Origin: Bacteroidetes bacterium GWF2_29_10
GTDB taxonomy: Bacteria; Bacteroidota; Bacteroidia; Bacteroidales; GWE2-29-8
Assembly (NCBI GenBank): GCA_001768555.1
Contig: MEOD01000014.1
Location: 1-59,502, forward strand
Direction of reading: 5' to 3'
Length of the DNA: 59,502 nt
In this document: positions 9,594-20,239 of the stretch, piece after piece
Layout of the letters: each line of letters opens with the position of its first letter
Numbering within the stretch: the stretch's first letter is position 1
Program-made: the position numbers and the translations under genes
Notes under the pieces: generated by a model
What the model was told of the DNA's origin: nothing
Database searches by the model: none
Seen by the model: only the letters and a program-made list of their open reading frames with translations

Positions 9594-10793
9594 ATGTCTA
9601 ATCAAATCATACAAAAGATAAAAGATCTTACTCAACTTTATAACAATGAAATAATTGATATTCGACGTCACATCCACAAATACCCAGAACTATCTTTTAA
9701 AGAATACCAAACTAGCAAATACATTAAAGATAAACTTAACTTATTTGGGATTACTGATGTGAAAAATGTTACAGAAACAGGAGTAGTTGCTATTGTTAAA
9801 GGTAATAAAAAAGATAATACTAACCAAAGAAAAATAGCTTTAAGAGCTGATATGGACGCTCTCCCTATAACTGAATTTAACAAAACAGAATACATTTCTC
9901 AAAACAATGGGGTAATGCATGCATGTGGACATGATGTTCATACAGCAGTACTTTTAGGAACAGCTAAGATTATAAATGAGTTAAAAAATGAATTTAGCGG
10001 GGAAGTAATGTTTATCTTTCAGCCAGCGGAAGAAACATTTCCAGGAGGAGCAATATCAATGATTAAAGAAGGGCTCTTTAATGAATTTAATCCTGATTAT
10101 ATTTTTGGATTACATGTGCAGCCTTTAATGGAAGTTGGAAATATTGGTATGAAAATAGGCGATTATATGGCTTCTACTGATGAGATTTATTTAACTATTA
10201 ATGGAAAAGGTGGACATGCTGCAACACCTGATTTGCTTATTGACCCCGTTATTATATCCGCAAACATTCTTATTGGATTACAACAAATCGCAAGTCGAAA
10301 TTGCCCTGCAAACATTCCAATGGTACTTTCTTTTGGAAGAGTGATTTGCGAAGGTAGAACGAATATAATTCCAGACTCAGTTCAGCTTCATGGAACTCTT
10401 CGTACAATGAACGAGCAATGGCGTAAATCGGTACATCAAAAAATAGAAAATATTGCAACAAATATTGCTAAATCTTTTGGTGCAACTTGTGACATAGAAA
10501 TAGCTCATGGTTATCCCGTGCTAACAAATAACCAAGAAGCTACAACTCTATTAAAAAATGCTGCAGTCGAAATTATCGGATATGAAAACATTTTAAACTT
10601 AGACTACCGTATGACTGCTGAAGATTTTGCATATTTTTCTCAAAAATATAAATCTTGCTTTTTTAGATTAGGCATTAGCAATGGAACAAAACATAATTCG
10701 AACTTACACACAACCACTTTTGACATTGATGAAGCTTCAATTAGCACAGGAATTAAAGTAATGACTTGGAATGCCATAAAATACATTAAATAA
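9594..10793 (+). CDS. M20D family amidohydrolase
   Basis: RRHIHKYPELSF, LRADMDALP, MHACGHDVH, FQPAEE, GGHAA and EDF motifs. Confidence 0.93.
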   Translation: MSNQIIQKIKDLTQLYNNEIIDIRRHIHKYPELSFKEYQTSKYIKDKLNLFGITDVKNVTETGVVAIVKGNKKDNTNQRKIALRADMDALPITEFNKTEYISQNNGVMHACGHDVHTAVLLGTAKIINELKNEFSGEVMFIFQPAEETFPGGAISMIKEGLFNEFNPDYIFGLHVQPLMEVGNIGMKIGDYMASTDEIYLTINGKGGHAATPDLLIDPVIISANILIGLQQIASRNCPANIPMVLSFGRVICEGRTNIIPDSVQLHGTLRTMNEQWRKSVHQKIENIATNIAKSFGATCDIEIAHGYPVLTNNQEATTLLKNAAVEIIGYENILNLDYRMTAEDFAYFSQKYKSCFFRLGISNGTKHNSNLHTTTFDIDEASISTGIKVMTWNAIKYIK

Positions 10794-10858
10794 TTCCATA
10801 GATAACGTAACTCAACAAAAGCAATTTTTATTCAATTATCAAAAAAATTTGCATTTAA

Positions 10859-10900
10859 CTCGGATTCGTCATTAGAAAAAAATCTAATGACGAATCCGAG
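10859..10900. repeat. 42-bp perfect inverted-repeat element flanked by TTAA (minimal MITE or transposition scar candidate)
   Basis: CTCGGATTCGTCATTAGA-AAAAAA-TCTAATGACGAATCCGAG; the stem extends to 23 bp (10854-10905) when flanks are included. Confidence 0.75.
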
Positions 10901-11102
10901 TTAAACCAAAAAAGCTAATATTATTTGCTTTAAAATTATGGAATTATACATAATGACTTAATTTCTATAAATTTTTAATGTATAATTTTAGTTTATTAAT
11001 TTATTTACTTTTTTACAAACAACTATTTTCTAATAATCAGTGTATTGCAAATTATTTAAAAAAAAATTAAAAAAAAACTTGCATGATGTAAAAAATTAAT
11101 AT

Positions 11103-11110
11103 TATATTTG
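11103..11110 (+). promoter_or_regulatory. -7 promoter element for the hcp operon
   Basis: TATATTTG 30 nt upstream of ATG 11141. Confidence 0.6.
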
Positions 11111-11140
11111 CGTATTCATTTACCTAAATTCATATTTAAA

Positions 11141-12034
11141 ATGAAAAGAAAAATAATAAAAATTGACGAAGAAAAATGTAGTGGTTGCGGTTTATGCGTG
11201 AGTGGTTGTCATGAAGGAGCTTTGCAAATGATAGATGGTAAAGCAAAATTAGTTAGTGAATTATATTGTGATGGACTTGGAGCTTGCATAGGAGATTGTC
11301 CAGAAGGAGCAATAACGATAGAAGAGAGGGAAGCAGAAAAATATAGTGAAACAGCAACAATCAAAAGACTAATTAAGCAGGGAGAGAAAGTAGTATTAGC
11401 TCATTTAAAACATTTAAAAGATCACAATGAAACTTCTCTATTGGATGAGGGTATTCAATATATTTTAAGAAATAATGAGGCAATTAATATTAGTAAATTT
11501 TTAAATAATAATAATATGGAAGAAAATAAAGAAACACATCAGCACCATCATCATGAAGGAGGCGGATGCCCAGGGTCAAAAGCCATAGATTTTTCATCAG
11601 GTAATGAAAAAAAAGCTGTTTCAAATAAAGAAATAGCATCAGCATTAACGCATTGGCCAATACAAATGCATTTAATAAATCCAGTTGCTCCATATTTTGA
11701 AAAAAGTGATTTATTATTAGCAGCTGATTGCACTGCGTTTGCTATGGGAAGTTTTCATAGTAAGCTATTAGAAGGAAAGAAATTAGCTATTGCTTGTCCA
11801 AAACTTGATTCTAATAAAGAAATTTATATTGAAAAATTAGTATCTTTGATTAATGATTCAAAGATTAACACATTAACTGTTGTAATAATGGAAGTTCCTT
11901 GTTGTGGGAGTTTAATTAAAATGGCAAAATTAGCAATGGAATCAGCAACGAGAAAAATCCCAATAAAGGAAATTATTATGAGTGTTCAGGGAGATATTAT
12001 ATCAGAAAATTGGTTATATAAATTAAATAAATAA
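11141..12034 (+). CDS. 4Fe-4S dicluster ferredoxin-domain protein, typical hcp partner (FrdX-like)
   Basis: CSGCGLCVSGC and CDGLGACIGDCP clusters; C-terminal WPIQ, AADC, CPKLD and MEVPCC motifs. ATG 11141 is preferred because TTG 11108 overlaps the promoter. Confidence 0.82.
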   Translation: MKRKIIKIDEEKCSGCGLCVSGCHEGALQMIDGKAKLVSELYCDGLGACIGDCPEGAITIEEREAEKYSETATIKRLIKQGEKVVLAHLKHLKDHNETSLLDEGIQYILRNNEAINISKFLNNNNMEENKETHQHHHHEGGGCPGSKAIDFSSGNEKKAVSNKEIASALTHWPIQMHLINPVAPYFEKSDLLLAADCTAFAMGSFHSKLLEGKKLAIACPKLDSNKEIYIEKLVSLINDSKINTLTVVIMEVPCCGSLIKMAKLAMESATRKIPIKEIIMSVQGDIISENWLYKLNK

Positions 12035-12065
12035 AAAGAGTTATTAACTTAAAAACTTAAAAATT

Positions 12066-13727
12066 ATGAGTATGTTTTGTTTTCAATGTCAAGAAGCAGC
12101 AAAAGGAAAAGGTTGCGACTACAAAGGCGTTTGCGGTAAAACCGAAGACGTTGCAAATATGCAAGATTTATTAATCTACGCATTAAAAGGTTTGGCTTTT
12201 TATACTATTGAGGCTAAAAAAGCTGATATTTACAAACCATCTGTTAGCAAATTTATTGTTGATGGCTTGTTTGCAACAATAACTAATGCTAACTTTGACA
12301 AAGATGTTTTCATTGAAAAAGTTAGAAGAACTATAGAATTAAGAATATCTATAGAAAATGAATTAGAAAAAGCTGGAGTAAAAATCAATAAAGAAGAAGC
12401 TCCAGATGCAGCAAAATGGTATGCTTATACGGCTGGCGAATATGAAAGGAAGGCTAATGCTGTTGGCATATTATCAGATATAAATGAGAATGAAGATATT
12501 CGTTCGCTTCGACAGTTGCTTACTTACGGTATAAAAGGAGCTGCTGCTTATGCAGAACATGCATTTAATCTTGGACATGAGGATGAAAGTATTTATGACT
12601 TTTTATTAAAGGGTTTAGTTGCTACAACAGATAACAAATTAACTGGAGCAGAATTGACTAATTTAGTATTAGAATGCGGTTCGATTGGGGTAAAAGCAAT
12701 GGCATTGCTAGATAAAGCAAATACTACAGCTTATGGTAATCCTGAAATTACAAAAGTAAATATTGGAGTTAGAACTAATCCTGCAATCTTAATAACAGGT
12801 CATGACTTGAAAGACATGGAAGAGTTACTACAACAAACAGAAGGAACGGGAATTGATATTTATACTCATAGTGAAATGTTGCCAGCAAATTATTATCCTG
12901 CATTTAAGAAATACAAACATTTGGTTGGTAACTACGGAAATGCATGGTGGAAGCAGAAAGAAGAATTTGCAAGTTTTAATGGTCCTATTCTTTTTACAAC
13001 AAATTGTTTGGTGCCACCTTCAGATAATGCAGTTTATGCAGATAAAGTTTATACAACTGGAGCATCTGGATTTCCTGGATTTAAACATATTGCAGATAGA
13101 GTTGATGGTAAACCTAAGGATTTCTCAATTATTATTGAACAAGCGAAGAAGTGTGCATCCCCAAGAGAGATAGAAACAGGAGAAATAATTGGAGGTTTTG
13201 CTCATAATCAAGTTCTGGCACTTGCAGATAAAGTAATTGATGCTGTTAAAACAGGGGCAATAAAGAAGTTTGTAGTAATGGCGGGTTGTGATGGACGGAT
13301 GAAATCAAGAGATTATTATTCAGATTTTGCAACACAATTGCCAAAAGATTCGGTTATATTAACAGCAGGATGTGCGAAGTATCGTTATAATAAATTACAA
13401 CTAGGAGATATTGGGGGTATTCCAAGAGTATTGGATGCAGGTCAATGTAACGACTCTTATTCTTTAGCTGTTATAGCACTTAAGCTGAAAGAAGTGTTTG
13501 GTTTAGATGATATTAACAAGCTACCTATAATTTATAATATTGCATGGTATGAGCAAAAGGCTGTTATAGTGTTGTTAGCATTATTATCATTGGGGGTTAA
13601 GAATATACACCTTGGTCCAACTTTACCAGCTTTCTTATCACCAAATGTTGTAAATGTTCTTGTTGAGAACTTTGGTATTGCAGGAATCACAAGTGTTGAA
13701 GAAGATATGCAAAAATTTTTCGCTTAA
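12066..13727 (+). CDS. hcp: Hybrid cluster protein (hydroxylamine/NO reductase)
   Basis: MFCFQCQE...GC...GVCGK N-terminus, [29 protein letters not shown] and WYEQKA motifs. Confidence 0.97.
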   Translation: MSMFCFQCQEAAKGKGCDYKGVCGKTEDVANMQDLLIYALKGLAFYTIEAKKADIYKPSVSKFIVDGLFATITNANFDKDVFIEKVRRTIELRISIENELEKAGVKINKEEAPDAAKWYAYTAGEYERKANAVGILSDINENEDIRSLRQLLTYGIKGAAAYAEHAFNLGHEDESIYDFLLKGLVATTDNKLTGAELTNLVLECGSIGVKAMALLDKANTTAYGNPEITKVNIGVRTNPAILITGHDLKDMEELLQQTEGTGIDIYTHSEMLPANYYPAFKKYKHLVGNYGNAWWKQKEEFASFNGPILFTTNCLVPPSDNAVYADKVYTTGASGFPGFKHIADRVDGKPKDFSIIIEQAKKCASPREIETGEIIGGFAHNQVLALADKVIDAVKTGAIKKFVVMAGCDGRMKSRDYYSDFATQLPKDSVILTAGCAKYRYNKLQLGDIGGIPRVLDAGQCNDSYSLAVIALKLKEVFGLDDINKLPIIYNIAWYEQKAVIVLLALLSLGVKNIHLGPTLPAFLSPNVVNVLVENFGIAGITSVEEDMQKFFA

Positions 13728-13745
13728 ATAATTAGTTTAGTTAAC

Positions 13746-13794
13746 AAAAAAGGAAAGAGCAGAAGGCGTATTTGCCTATCTGCTCTTTTTTTTT
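13746..13794. terminator. Bidirectional intrinsic terminator between hcp and the TonB receptor gene
   Basis: AAAGAGCAGA-AGGC...GCCT-A-TCTGCTCTTT hairpin with an A run before and a T run after. Confidence 0.85.
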
Positions 13795-13812
13795 ATCTTA
13801 CAAATACTAAAT

Positions 13813-16200
13813 TTAAAATTTAAAAGCTAAACCTACCATATAATTAATTCCTGCTTGAGGATAAAAATAGTTCTCGGTGTATTGTTCTCCAAAATATATG
13901 TAACTATAAGAATATCCATTTGACTCATACTTTTTATCCATAAAATTATTAATGCTAAAGTTTATGTTTACCTCCCTAATAAACTTAGGATTAAAAGAAT
14001 AAGAGAAGTTAATATCATTAATGAAATATTCATTCAATTTTCTATTATCGTTAGAAGTATTGTCTAAATATTGTTTGCCAACATATTTATTTGAAAGATT
14101 GATTGAGAAGTTTTTTATTGGTTGATATTTTATTATAGATGAAGATATAACAGAAGGAGAAAAAGATATATCGGTTTCGTTATATTCATTTTTTACTTGA
14201 CTATAGTCATCATAATTGTCAATGTACTCGTTGAAATGTTTGATTTTGTTTTGAGAAAGAGTTGCATCAAGATAAATGCTTATATTTTTTGTTATAATAT
14301 AATCAACACTAAATTCAATACCTCTTCTATAACTTTCTGGGATGTTTGTTCGGGTATATGCCCCAACATCATTAAGTTTTCCAGTTAATACTAATTGGTT
14401 ATCATACATCATGTAATAAGCAGCGAGTTCAGCTTTTATTTTAGAAGTATTGAAACGTAATCCTAATTCATAGTCATACATTTGCTCGCTTTTGGGTCTG
14501 CTTAATGGAGTTGATTCAACATAATCATTTCGGTTGGGTTCTTTATTTCCAATACCAACACTAAAGTAGGTAGCTAATATTTTATTAAATTGATAGTTTA
14601 TTCCAGCTTTAGGATTATAAAACCCTAGAGTTACGTTTTGATTAGAAGTTTCGAAAAGTTCATTAAATCCTAAGAATTCATAATTTATGTTGCGGTATTG
14701 GAGATCAGCTAACATAGAAAGTTTTTCATTCATTTGATAGTATATTTTTCCAAATACGTTGAAGTCTTTTTTCACAGCATTGTTGTCATCATAAATATGA
14801 TTTAGAGCAGATTTGTCATAGTTAGAAGCCCAAATTACTTTATCGTAATGCCGTCCTTCGTATATGTTATATGCTCCACCGACAGATAGTTTAAATTTAC
14901 CTTTTACGTAATTTCCAGAATATGTAAATCCATAGAAATCATTGTCAAGCCAAAGTTGCCTGATAATGTCGGAGTTTGTAATAGTGTCCATTCCATAAAT
15001 TACATTAGGGAGAGTGTATTTTGCGAGGTCTTGCTGGTCTTTAAATTCTTCGTAATAACCACGTCCATAAGTGTAGTGCGTAGCCAAATTAAGATTAAGA
15101 TTTTTGTTAATGTCTTTAGTGAATATTAATTGATAATGATCTTGTTGATAATTATCAGTTTGGTTCTCGTAAGTATATTGGTTAAAAGTTCTGTTTTCTT
15201 TTAGCATGTTTTCAGATACTCCATACCAAGATTGGTAAGTGTTTTCTTTTCCAGAGAATACAACAGCTTTTAAAGAGTAAGTTTTTCCGAAGTATCCTCC
15301 AGTAAGGAAGTATGATTTTAAGTCAGACCAAGCCCTGTCGACGTATCCGTCAGACGATATTTTAGAAAGGCGAGCATCAAAAGACCATTTTCCGTCGATA
15401 ACACCAGTTCCAAACATTACATTATGTTTGAAAGTGTTGAATGTTCCTGCAGCATTGTTTATTTCGCAATAAGGCTTAATAGAAGGTTTGATTGTTTGCA
15501 TGTTAAGACTTCCTCCAAATGATGCAGCACCATTGCTAGATGTTCCTACACCTCTTTGAACTTGGATATTATCAATTGATGAGAAAAAGTCGGGCATGTT
15601 AACAAAAAATACGCCATGCGATTCAGGGTCATTGATAGGTATTCCGTTTACGGTAACATTTACTCGAGTTAAATCACTACCCCTAATGCGTAAGCTAGTG
15701 TACCCTACGCCAGCTCCAGCATCAGATGTTGCAACTACAGAAGGTGTGTGTGATAGCATAAAAGGCAGGTCTTGTCCTTGATTTTTGTATTCTATTTCTT
15801 TTAGAGTAATATTCTTAAATGTTGCAGGAGATTTATCAGGTAATCTTGTTGCAAATATATTTGTTTCGCCAAGCATTATTGGGCTTTTTTGTAAGTTTAT
15901 ATCAATCGAATAATTTTTATTGATTGTGTCATTTTTATCAATGTCTGCATCAATATATATATCTTGATAACCAATGTATGAACATTTAATTTTAATTTTT
16001 CCTGAAGGAATGTCTTTTAGTTTATATTTTCCATAATAATCAGACATTGAGCTTTTGGAAGATTTTGTAATAGAAACGGAAGCTCCGGGTAATGATTCTT
16101 TCGACTCATTATCTTTGACAAATCCAGAAATAGAGAATTGTGCTTTTGATGAATTAATGGCAAAAGCAAAAACCATTAAAATAATTAAAATTTTCTTCAT
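13813..16200 (-). CDS. TonB-dependent receptor, probable thiamine/TPP-precursor uptake
   Basis: Signal peptide, CarboxypepD_reg-like N-terminal domain, plug motifs LRIRG and NGIPINDPES, C-terminal Phe; downstream of a TPP riboswitch. Confidence 0.9.
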   Translation of the reverse strand: MKKILIILMVFAFAINSSKAQFSISGFVKDNESKESLPGASVSITKSSKSSMSDYYGKYKLKDIPSGKIKIKCSYIGYQDIYIDADIDKNDTINKNYSIDINLQKSPIMLGETNIFATRLPDKSPATFKNITLKEIEYKNQGQDLPFMLSHTPSVVATSDAGAGVGYTSLRIRGSDLTRVNVTVNGIPINDPESHGVFFVNMPDFFSSIDNIQVQRGVGTSSNGAASFGGSLNMQTIKPSIKPYCEINNAAGTFNTFKHNVMFGTGVIDGKWSFDARLSKISSDGYVDRAWSDLKSYFLTGGYFGKTYSLKAVVFSGKENTYQSWYGVSENMLKENRTFNQYTYENQTDNYQQDHYQLIFTKDINKNLNLNLATHYTYGRGYYEEFKDQQDLAKYTLPNVIYGMDTITNSDIIRQLWLDNDFYGFTYSGNYVKGKFKLSVGGAYNIYEGRHYDKVIWASNYDKSALNHIYDDNNAVKKDFNVFGKIYYQMNEKLSMLADLQYRNINYEFLGFNELFETSNQNVTLGFYNPKAGINYQFNKILATYFSVGIGNKEPNRNDYVESTPLSRPKSEQMYDYELGLRFNTSKIKAELAAYYMMYDNQLVLTGKLNDVGAYTRTNIPESYRRGIEFSVDYIITKNISIYLDATLSQNKIKHFNEYIDNYDDYSQVKNEYNETDISFSPSVISSSIIKYQPIKNFSINLSNKYVGKQYLDNTSNDNRKLNEYFINDINFSYSFNPKFIREVNINFSINNFMDKKYESNGYSYSYIYFGEQYTENYFYPQAGINYMVGLAFKF

Positions 16201-16274
16201 GTTGTAAAAATTTTTTTAGTTAAACAATTAATTTTTACCAACAGGGGGATATAACGAATAACAATAAAAAACCT

Positions 16275-16352
16275 TTTCTCCCTACGCCAGAATTACCTGG
16301 ATCAGGTTCATTGGGTATGATCTCAGCCCTTAATATTAAGGCACCCCTATTT
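16275..16352 (-). ncRNA. TPP riboswitch
   Basis: Minus strand reads AGGGGTGCC-TTAATATTAA-GGGCTGAGATCATACCC-AATGAACCTGATCCAGGTAATTCTGGCGTAGGGA, carrying the THI-box hallmarks CTGAGA, ACCTGA and GCGTAGG. Confidence 0.95.
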
Positions 16353-16364
16353 GGAAATCTTTGG

Positions 16365-16372
16365 CAAAGGTA
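16365..16372 (-). promoter_or_regulatory. -7 promoter element for the riboswitch/TonB receptor transcript
   Basis: TACCTTTG on the minus strand just upstream of the riboswitch. Confidence 0.7.
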
Positions 16373-16504
16373 TATTATTTTTTATTGGATGAATAAAAAA
16401 AGTTTTTTTTTATTAATTGGTGCGATAATAAGAAAATTGATAAAAAAGGAATGTATTATGAATAAAAACAATAAATCGAAACACATATAAAACAAAAAAA
16501 ACAA

Positions 16505-16512
16505 TAAATTTG
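16505..16512 (+). promoter_or_regulatory. -7 promoter element for valS
   Basis: TAAATTTG 28 nt upstream of ATG 16541. Confidence 0.55.
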
Positions 16513-16540
16513 CAAGATTTTTAATTTTAATGACAAATAA

Positions 16541-19168
16541 ATGGAAATAGCAAAGACATACAATCCGAAGGAAATAGAAGAGAAATGGTATCAATTATGT
16601 TTAGAAAAAGGATATTTTAATTCAGAGCCAGATGATAGAGAACCTTTTACGATAGTGATTCCGCCACCGAATGTTACAGGAGTGTTACACATGGGTCACA
16701 TGCTGAACAATACATTACAGGATGTAATTATTCGTCGAGCAAGAATGAAGGGAAAAAATGCATGCTGGGTGCCAGGAACAGATCATGCTTCTATAGCAAC
16801 GGAGGCAAAAGTTGTAGGAAAATTGAAGGCAGATGGTTTGGATAAAAAAGATATGTCGAGGGATGAATTTTTAAATCATGCATGGGATTGGACTCATAAA
16901 CATGGAGGAATAATTCTTGAACAATTAAAGAAATTAGGAGCTTCGTGTGATTGGAAAAGGACAAAGTTTACTATGGATGAAGACATGTCAGAGTCTGTTA
17001 TAGATGTATTTATAGATCTTTACAATAAGGGTTATATATATAGGGGTGTTAGAATGGTGAATTGGGACCCAAAGGCATTAACTGCGTTATCTGATGAAGA
17101 GGTAATATATAAGCAAGTTAATTCAAAGCTTTATTATTTAAGATATAAGATTGATGGGATGGATGATGAATGGATAACAATAGCAACAACTCGTCCAGAA
17201 ACAATATTAGGGGATACGGCTGTTTGTGTACATCCAGAAGATGATAGATACGCGTCAATGAAAGGTAAGAATATTTATGTTCCTTTGGTAAATAGGCTTA
17301 TTCCTATTATATTTGATGAATATGTTGATAGAGAATTTGGGACAGGAGCTTTAAAGATTACACCTGCACATGATATTAACGACTATAATATTGGCTTAAA
17401 ACATAATTTAAAGGTTATAGATATATTTAATGATAATGGTACATTAAATGAAAAAGCGGAACTATATATAGGAGAGGATAGGTTTGCAGTAAGGAAGAAA
17501 ATTGTAAAAGAATTGGAAGAAAAAGGTTTCTTAGTCAAAATTGAGGATTTAACAAATAATGTGGGGTTTTCAGAAAGGACTGACGAAGTAATTGAACCAA
17601 AACTTTCAGTTCAGTGGTTCTGCAACATGTCAAAGTTAGCATCTCCAGCACTTGAAGTTGTAATGAATGATACTATTAAATTTCATCCAGCAAAGTTTAA
17701 AAATACTTATAAGCATTGGATGGAAAACATAAAAGATTGGTGTATTTCAAGACAATTATGGTGGGGACATCAAATACCTGCGTATTATTTGCCAGACGGA
17801 AGTTATGTTGTGGCAAAAAGTAAGGAAGAGGCATTGAATATTGCAAATAATAAATCTAATAATTTATACACAATAAATGATTTGCGCCAAGATGAAGACG
17901 TTTTAGATACATGGTTTTCATCATGGCTGTGGCCAATTTCAGTTTTTGATGGAATAAGGAATCCAAATAATGCAGATATTAATTACTATTATCCAACGGA
18001 TACATTGGTTACGGCACCAGAGATATTGTTTTTCTGGGTTGCAAGAATGATAATGGCAGGTTTTGAGTATAAAAAATCTATTCCATTTAAAAATGTTTAT
18101 TTAACAGGTATAGTTAGAGATAAGCAAGGCCGAAAGATGTCAAAATCGTTAGGAAATTCCCCAGAACCGATACAATTGATAGAGTAGTACGGAGCAGACG
18201 GAGTTAGAGTGGGAATGTTGCTATGTTCACCAGCAGGAAATGATTTATTATTTGATGAAGGTTTATGCGAACAAGGACGTAATTTTTCAAATAAAATATG
18301 GAATGCGTTCAGGCTTGTTAAATCTTGGGATGTGTCTGATAATATAGAACAACCAGAAATATGCAAAACATCAATAGAATGTTTTGAAAGCATATTAAAT
18401 AAGAACATAAGTACAATAGAAGATAACTTTGAAAAATATAGAATTTCTGATGCATTAATGTCTATATATAAATTGGTGTGGGATGAATTTTGCGCTTGGT
18501 ATTTAGAATTAACCAAGCCAGCTTATCAACAACCAATTGATAAGGCAACTTATGAAAAAACAATTTACTTTTTTGAGGAATTATTAAAATTACTTCATCC
18601 ATTTATGCCATTTATAACAGAGGAACTTTGGGGTAATATTGGAGAAAGAGCGGAAAATGACTTGATCATGTTTGCAAAAGCAGAAGTTAGTGGAGATTAC
18701 AAAAATGAAGTGATAGAACAATACGAGGAAATAAAGGAAATAGTTGTTGCAATAAGAAATTTAAGAAATGAGAAAAATATTCCGTTAAAGGAAAAGATTA
18801 AATTATTTATCAAATCGAATAACGATAGGAACAATACGCTAGATAGTATGCTAATAAAACTGTGTAATATTGAAACATTAGAATATAGCGAGCAAAAGAT
18901 AGATAATTCATACTCAATAATAAATAGAGCTATAGAGCTATTTATACCTATTTCTGAGAATATCAATATTGAAGACGAAATAAAGAAATTAAAAATAGAT
19001 CTAGAATATACTCAAGGATTTATTAACTCCGTTAGAAAGAAACTAAGCAATTCGAATTTTGTGGATAAAGCTCCTGAGAGCGTAATTAACGCAGAAAAGA
19101 AAAAAGAACAAGATGCTTTGGATAGAATTGAAGTTATAAAATCACAACTGGAAAGCTTTGGGAATTAA
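16541..19168 (+). CDS. valS: Valine--tRNA ligase; one reading frame interrupted by an in-frame TAG at 18185-18187
   Basis: [41 protein letters not shown] and KMSKS motifs. The frame continues [16 protein letters not shown] into the 18209-19168 ORF (anticodon-binding domain plus coiled coil), 875 codons before the final TAA. Confidence 0.95.
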
Positions 19169-19472
19169 ATTAGATATTGCAAATTTAAAATATATATTGA
19201 AATTGTAAATAATATTTACATTAAAAGAAATTTAATAAAAAAAATTATATATTTGCATTTAGATATTATTCTCTATTTATAAAAAAATAAAACGTTAAGG
19301 TTATTTTTTTATGGTTTAGTATGTTTAATTTAATATCTACAATAATTATTAGTTGTATTTTGTATTAATTTCACTTGAGATAAATTGTATATAATTATGC
19401 AATCTACACTTTTACAAATCAACTATTCAATTATAATTTAAATTGCTTAGTGGTTAAGTATTAATAAAAAAA

Positions 19473-20123
19473 ATGGGTATTATTATGAGAAAAACATTTA
19501 TAATTATTTCAATAATATTTGTGCTTGTGACTTCATTGGTTGCTCAAGACTTCATTACAACAAAAAATGGAGAAGAAATAAAAGCAAAAGTTTTAGAAAT
19601 AACACAAACAGAAGTTAAATATAAAAGATTTGAAAACATAGATGGACCAATCTACACGGTAAATAAATCAGATTTGCTAATAATAAAATATGCAAATGGG
19701 GATATCGAAAAGATGAAACAATTAAATACAAATATTACAAATAACGAAAATACACCATCTAACTTAAATGTAAATTATTCACTCAACTTAAATGCGAAAG
19801 AAAACGATAATAATTTATGCAAAAATGCAATATCAGATTCCTATATTTTATACAATGGAAAGAATAGTGGAGCATTTTGGACTGGATTTGCAACTTTTAT
19901 GATTGGACCTATTTTGGGACTTATTCCTGCTATTGCATGCTCATCAACTCCTCCAAAATATCATAATTTGCAAATTCCATATAATAAATTGGATAATCAC
20001 GATTACGTTTATTGCTATAAAAATAATGCACAAAAAATAAAGAAAAAAAAAATATGGAAAGGATATGGAACTGGTTGTGCTGTTTTGTTAGGATTCCTTA
20101 TCATTGCTTCCGCAAATCAATAA
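19473..20123 (+). CDS. Hypothetical exported/membrane protein
   Basis: Signal peptide then QDFITTKNGEEIKAKVLEI beta domain common in Bacteroidota; two hydrophobic segments; start may be ATG 19485. Confidence 0.7.
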   Translation: MGIIMRKTFIIISIIFVLVTSLVAQDFITTKNGEEIKAKVLEITQTEVKYKRFENIDGPIYTVNKSDLLIIKYANGDIEKMKQLNTNITNNENTPSNLNVNYSLNLNAKENDNNLCKNAISDSYILYNGKNSGAFWTGFATFMIGPILGLIPAIACSSTPPKYHNLQIPYNKLDNHDYVYCYKNNAQKIKKKKIWKGYGTGCAVLLGFLIIASANQ

Positions 20124-20239
20124 AACATACTACCCCATATGGAATAATCTAGCCAAGTAATAAATAAAAATTAACAATTTGAGAATGGAATGAAATGTGT
20201 GTGTGTGTTTTAATTCTTTCAGAACAAAAAAATGACATT

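Noticed and set aside
18209-19168. Independent 319-aa gene
   Set aside because: It is the in-frame C-terminal part of valS.
20196-20207. (TG)n microsatellite
   Set aside because: Short, between convergent genes, with no evidence of function.
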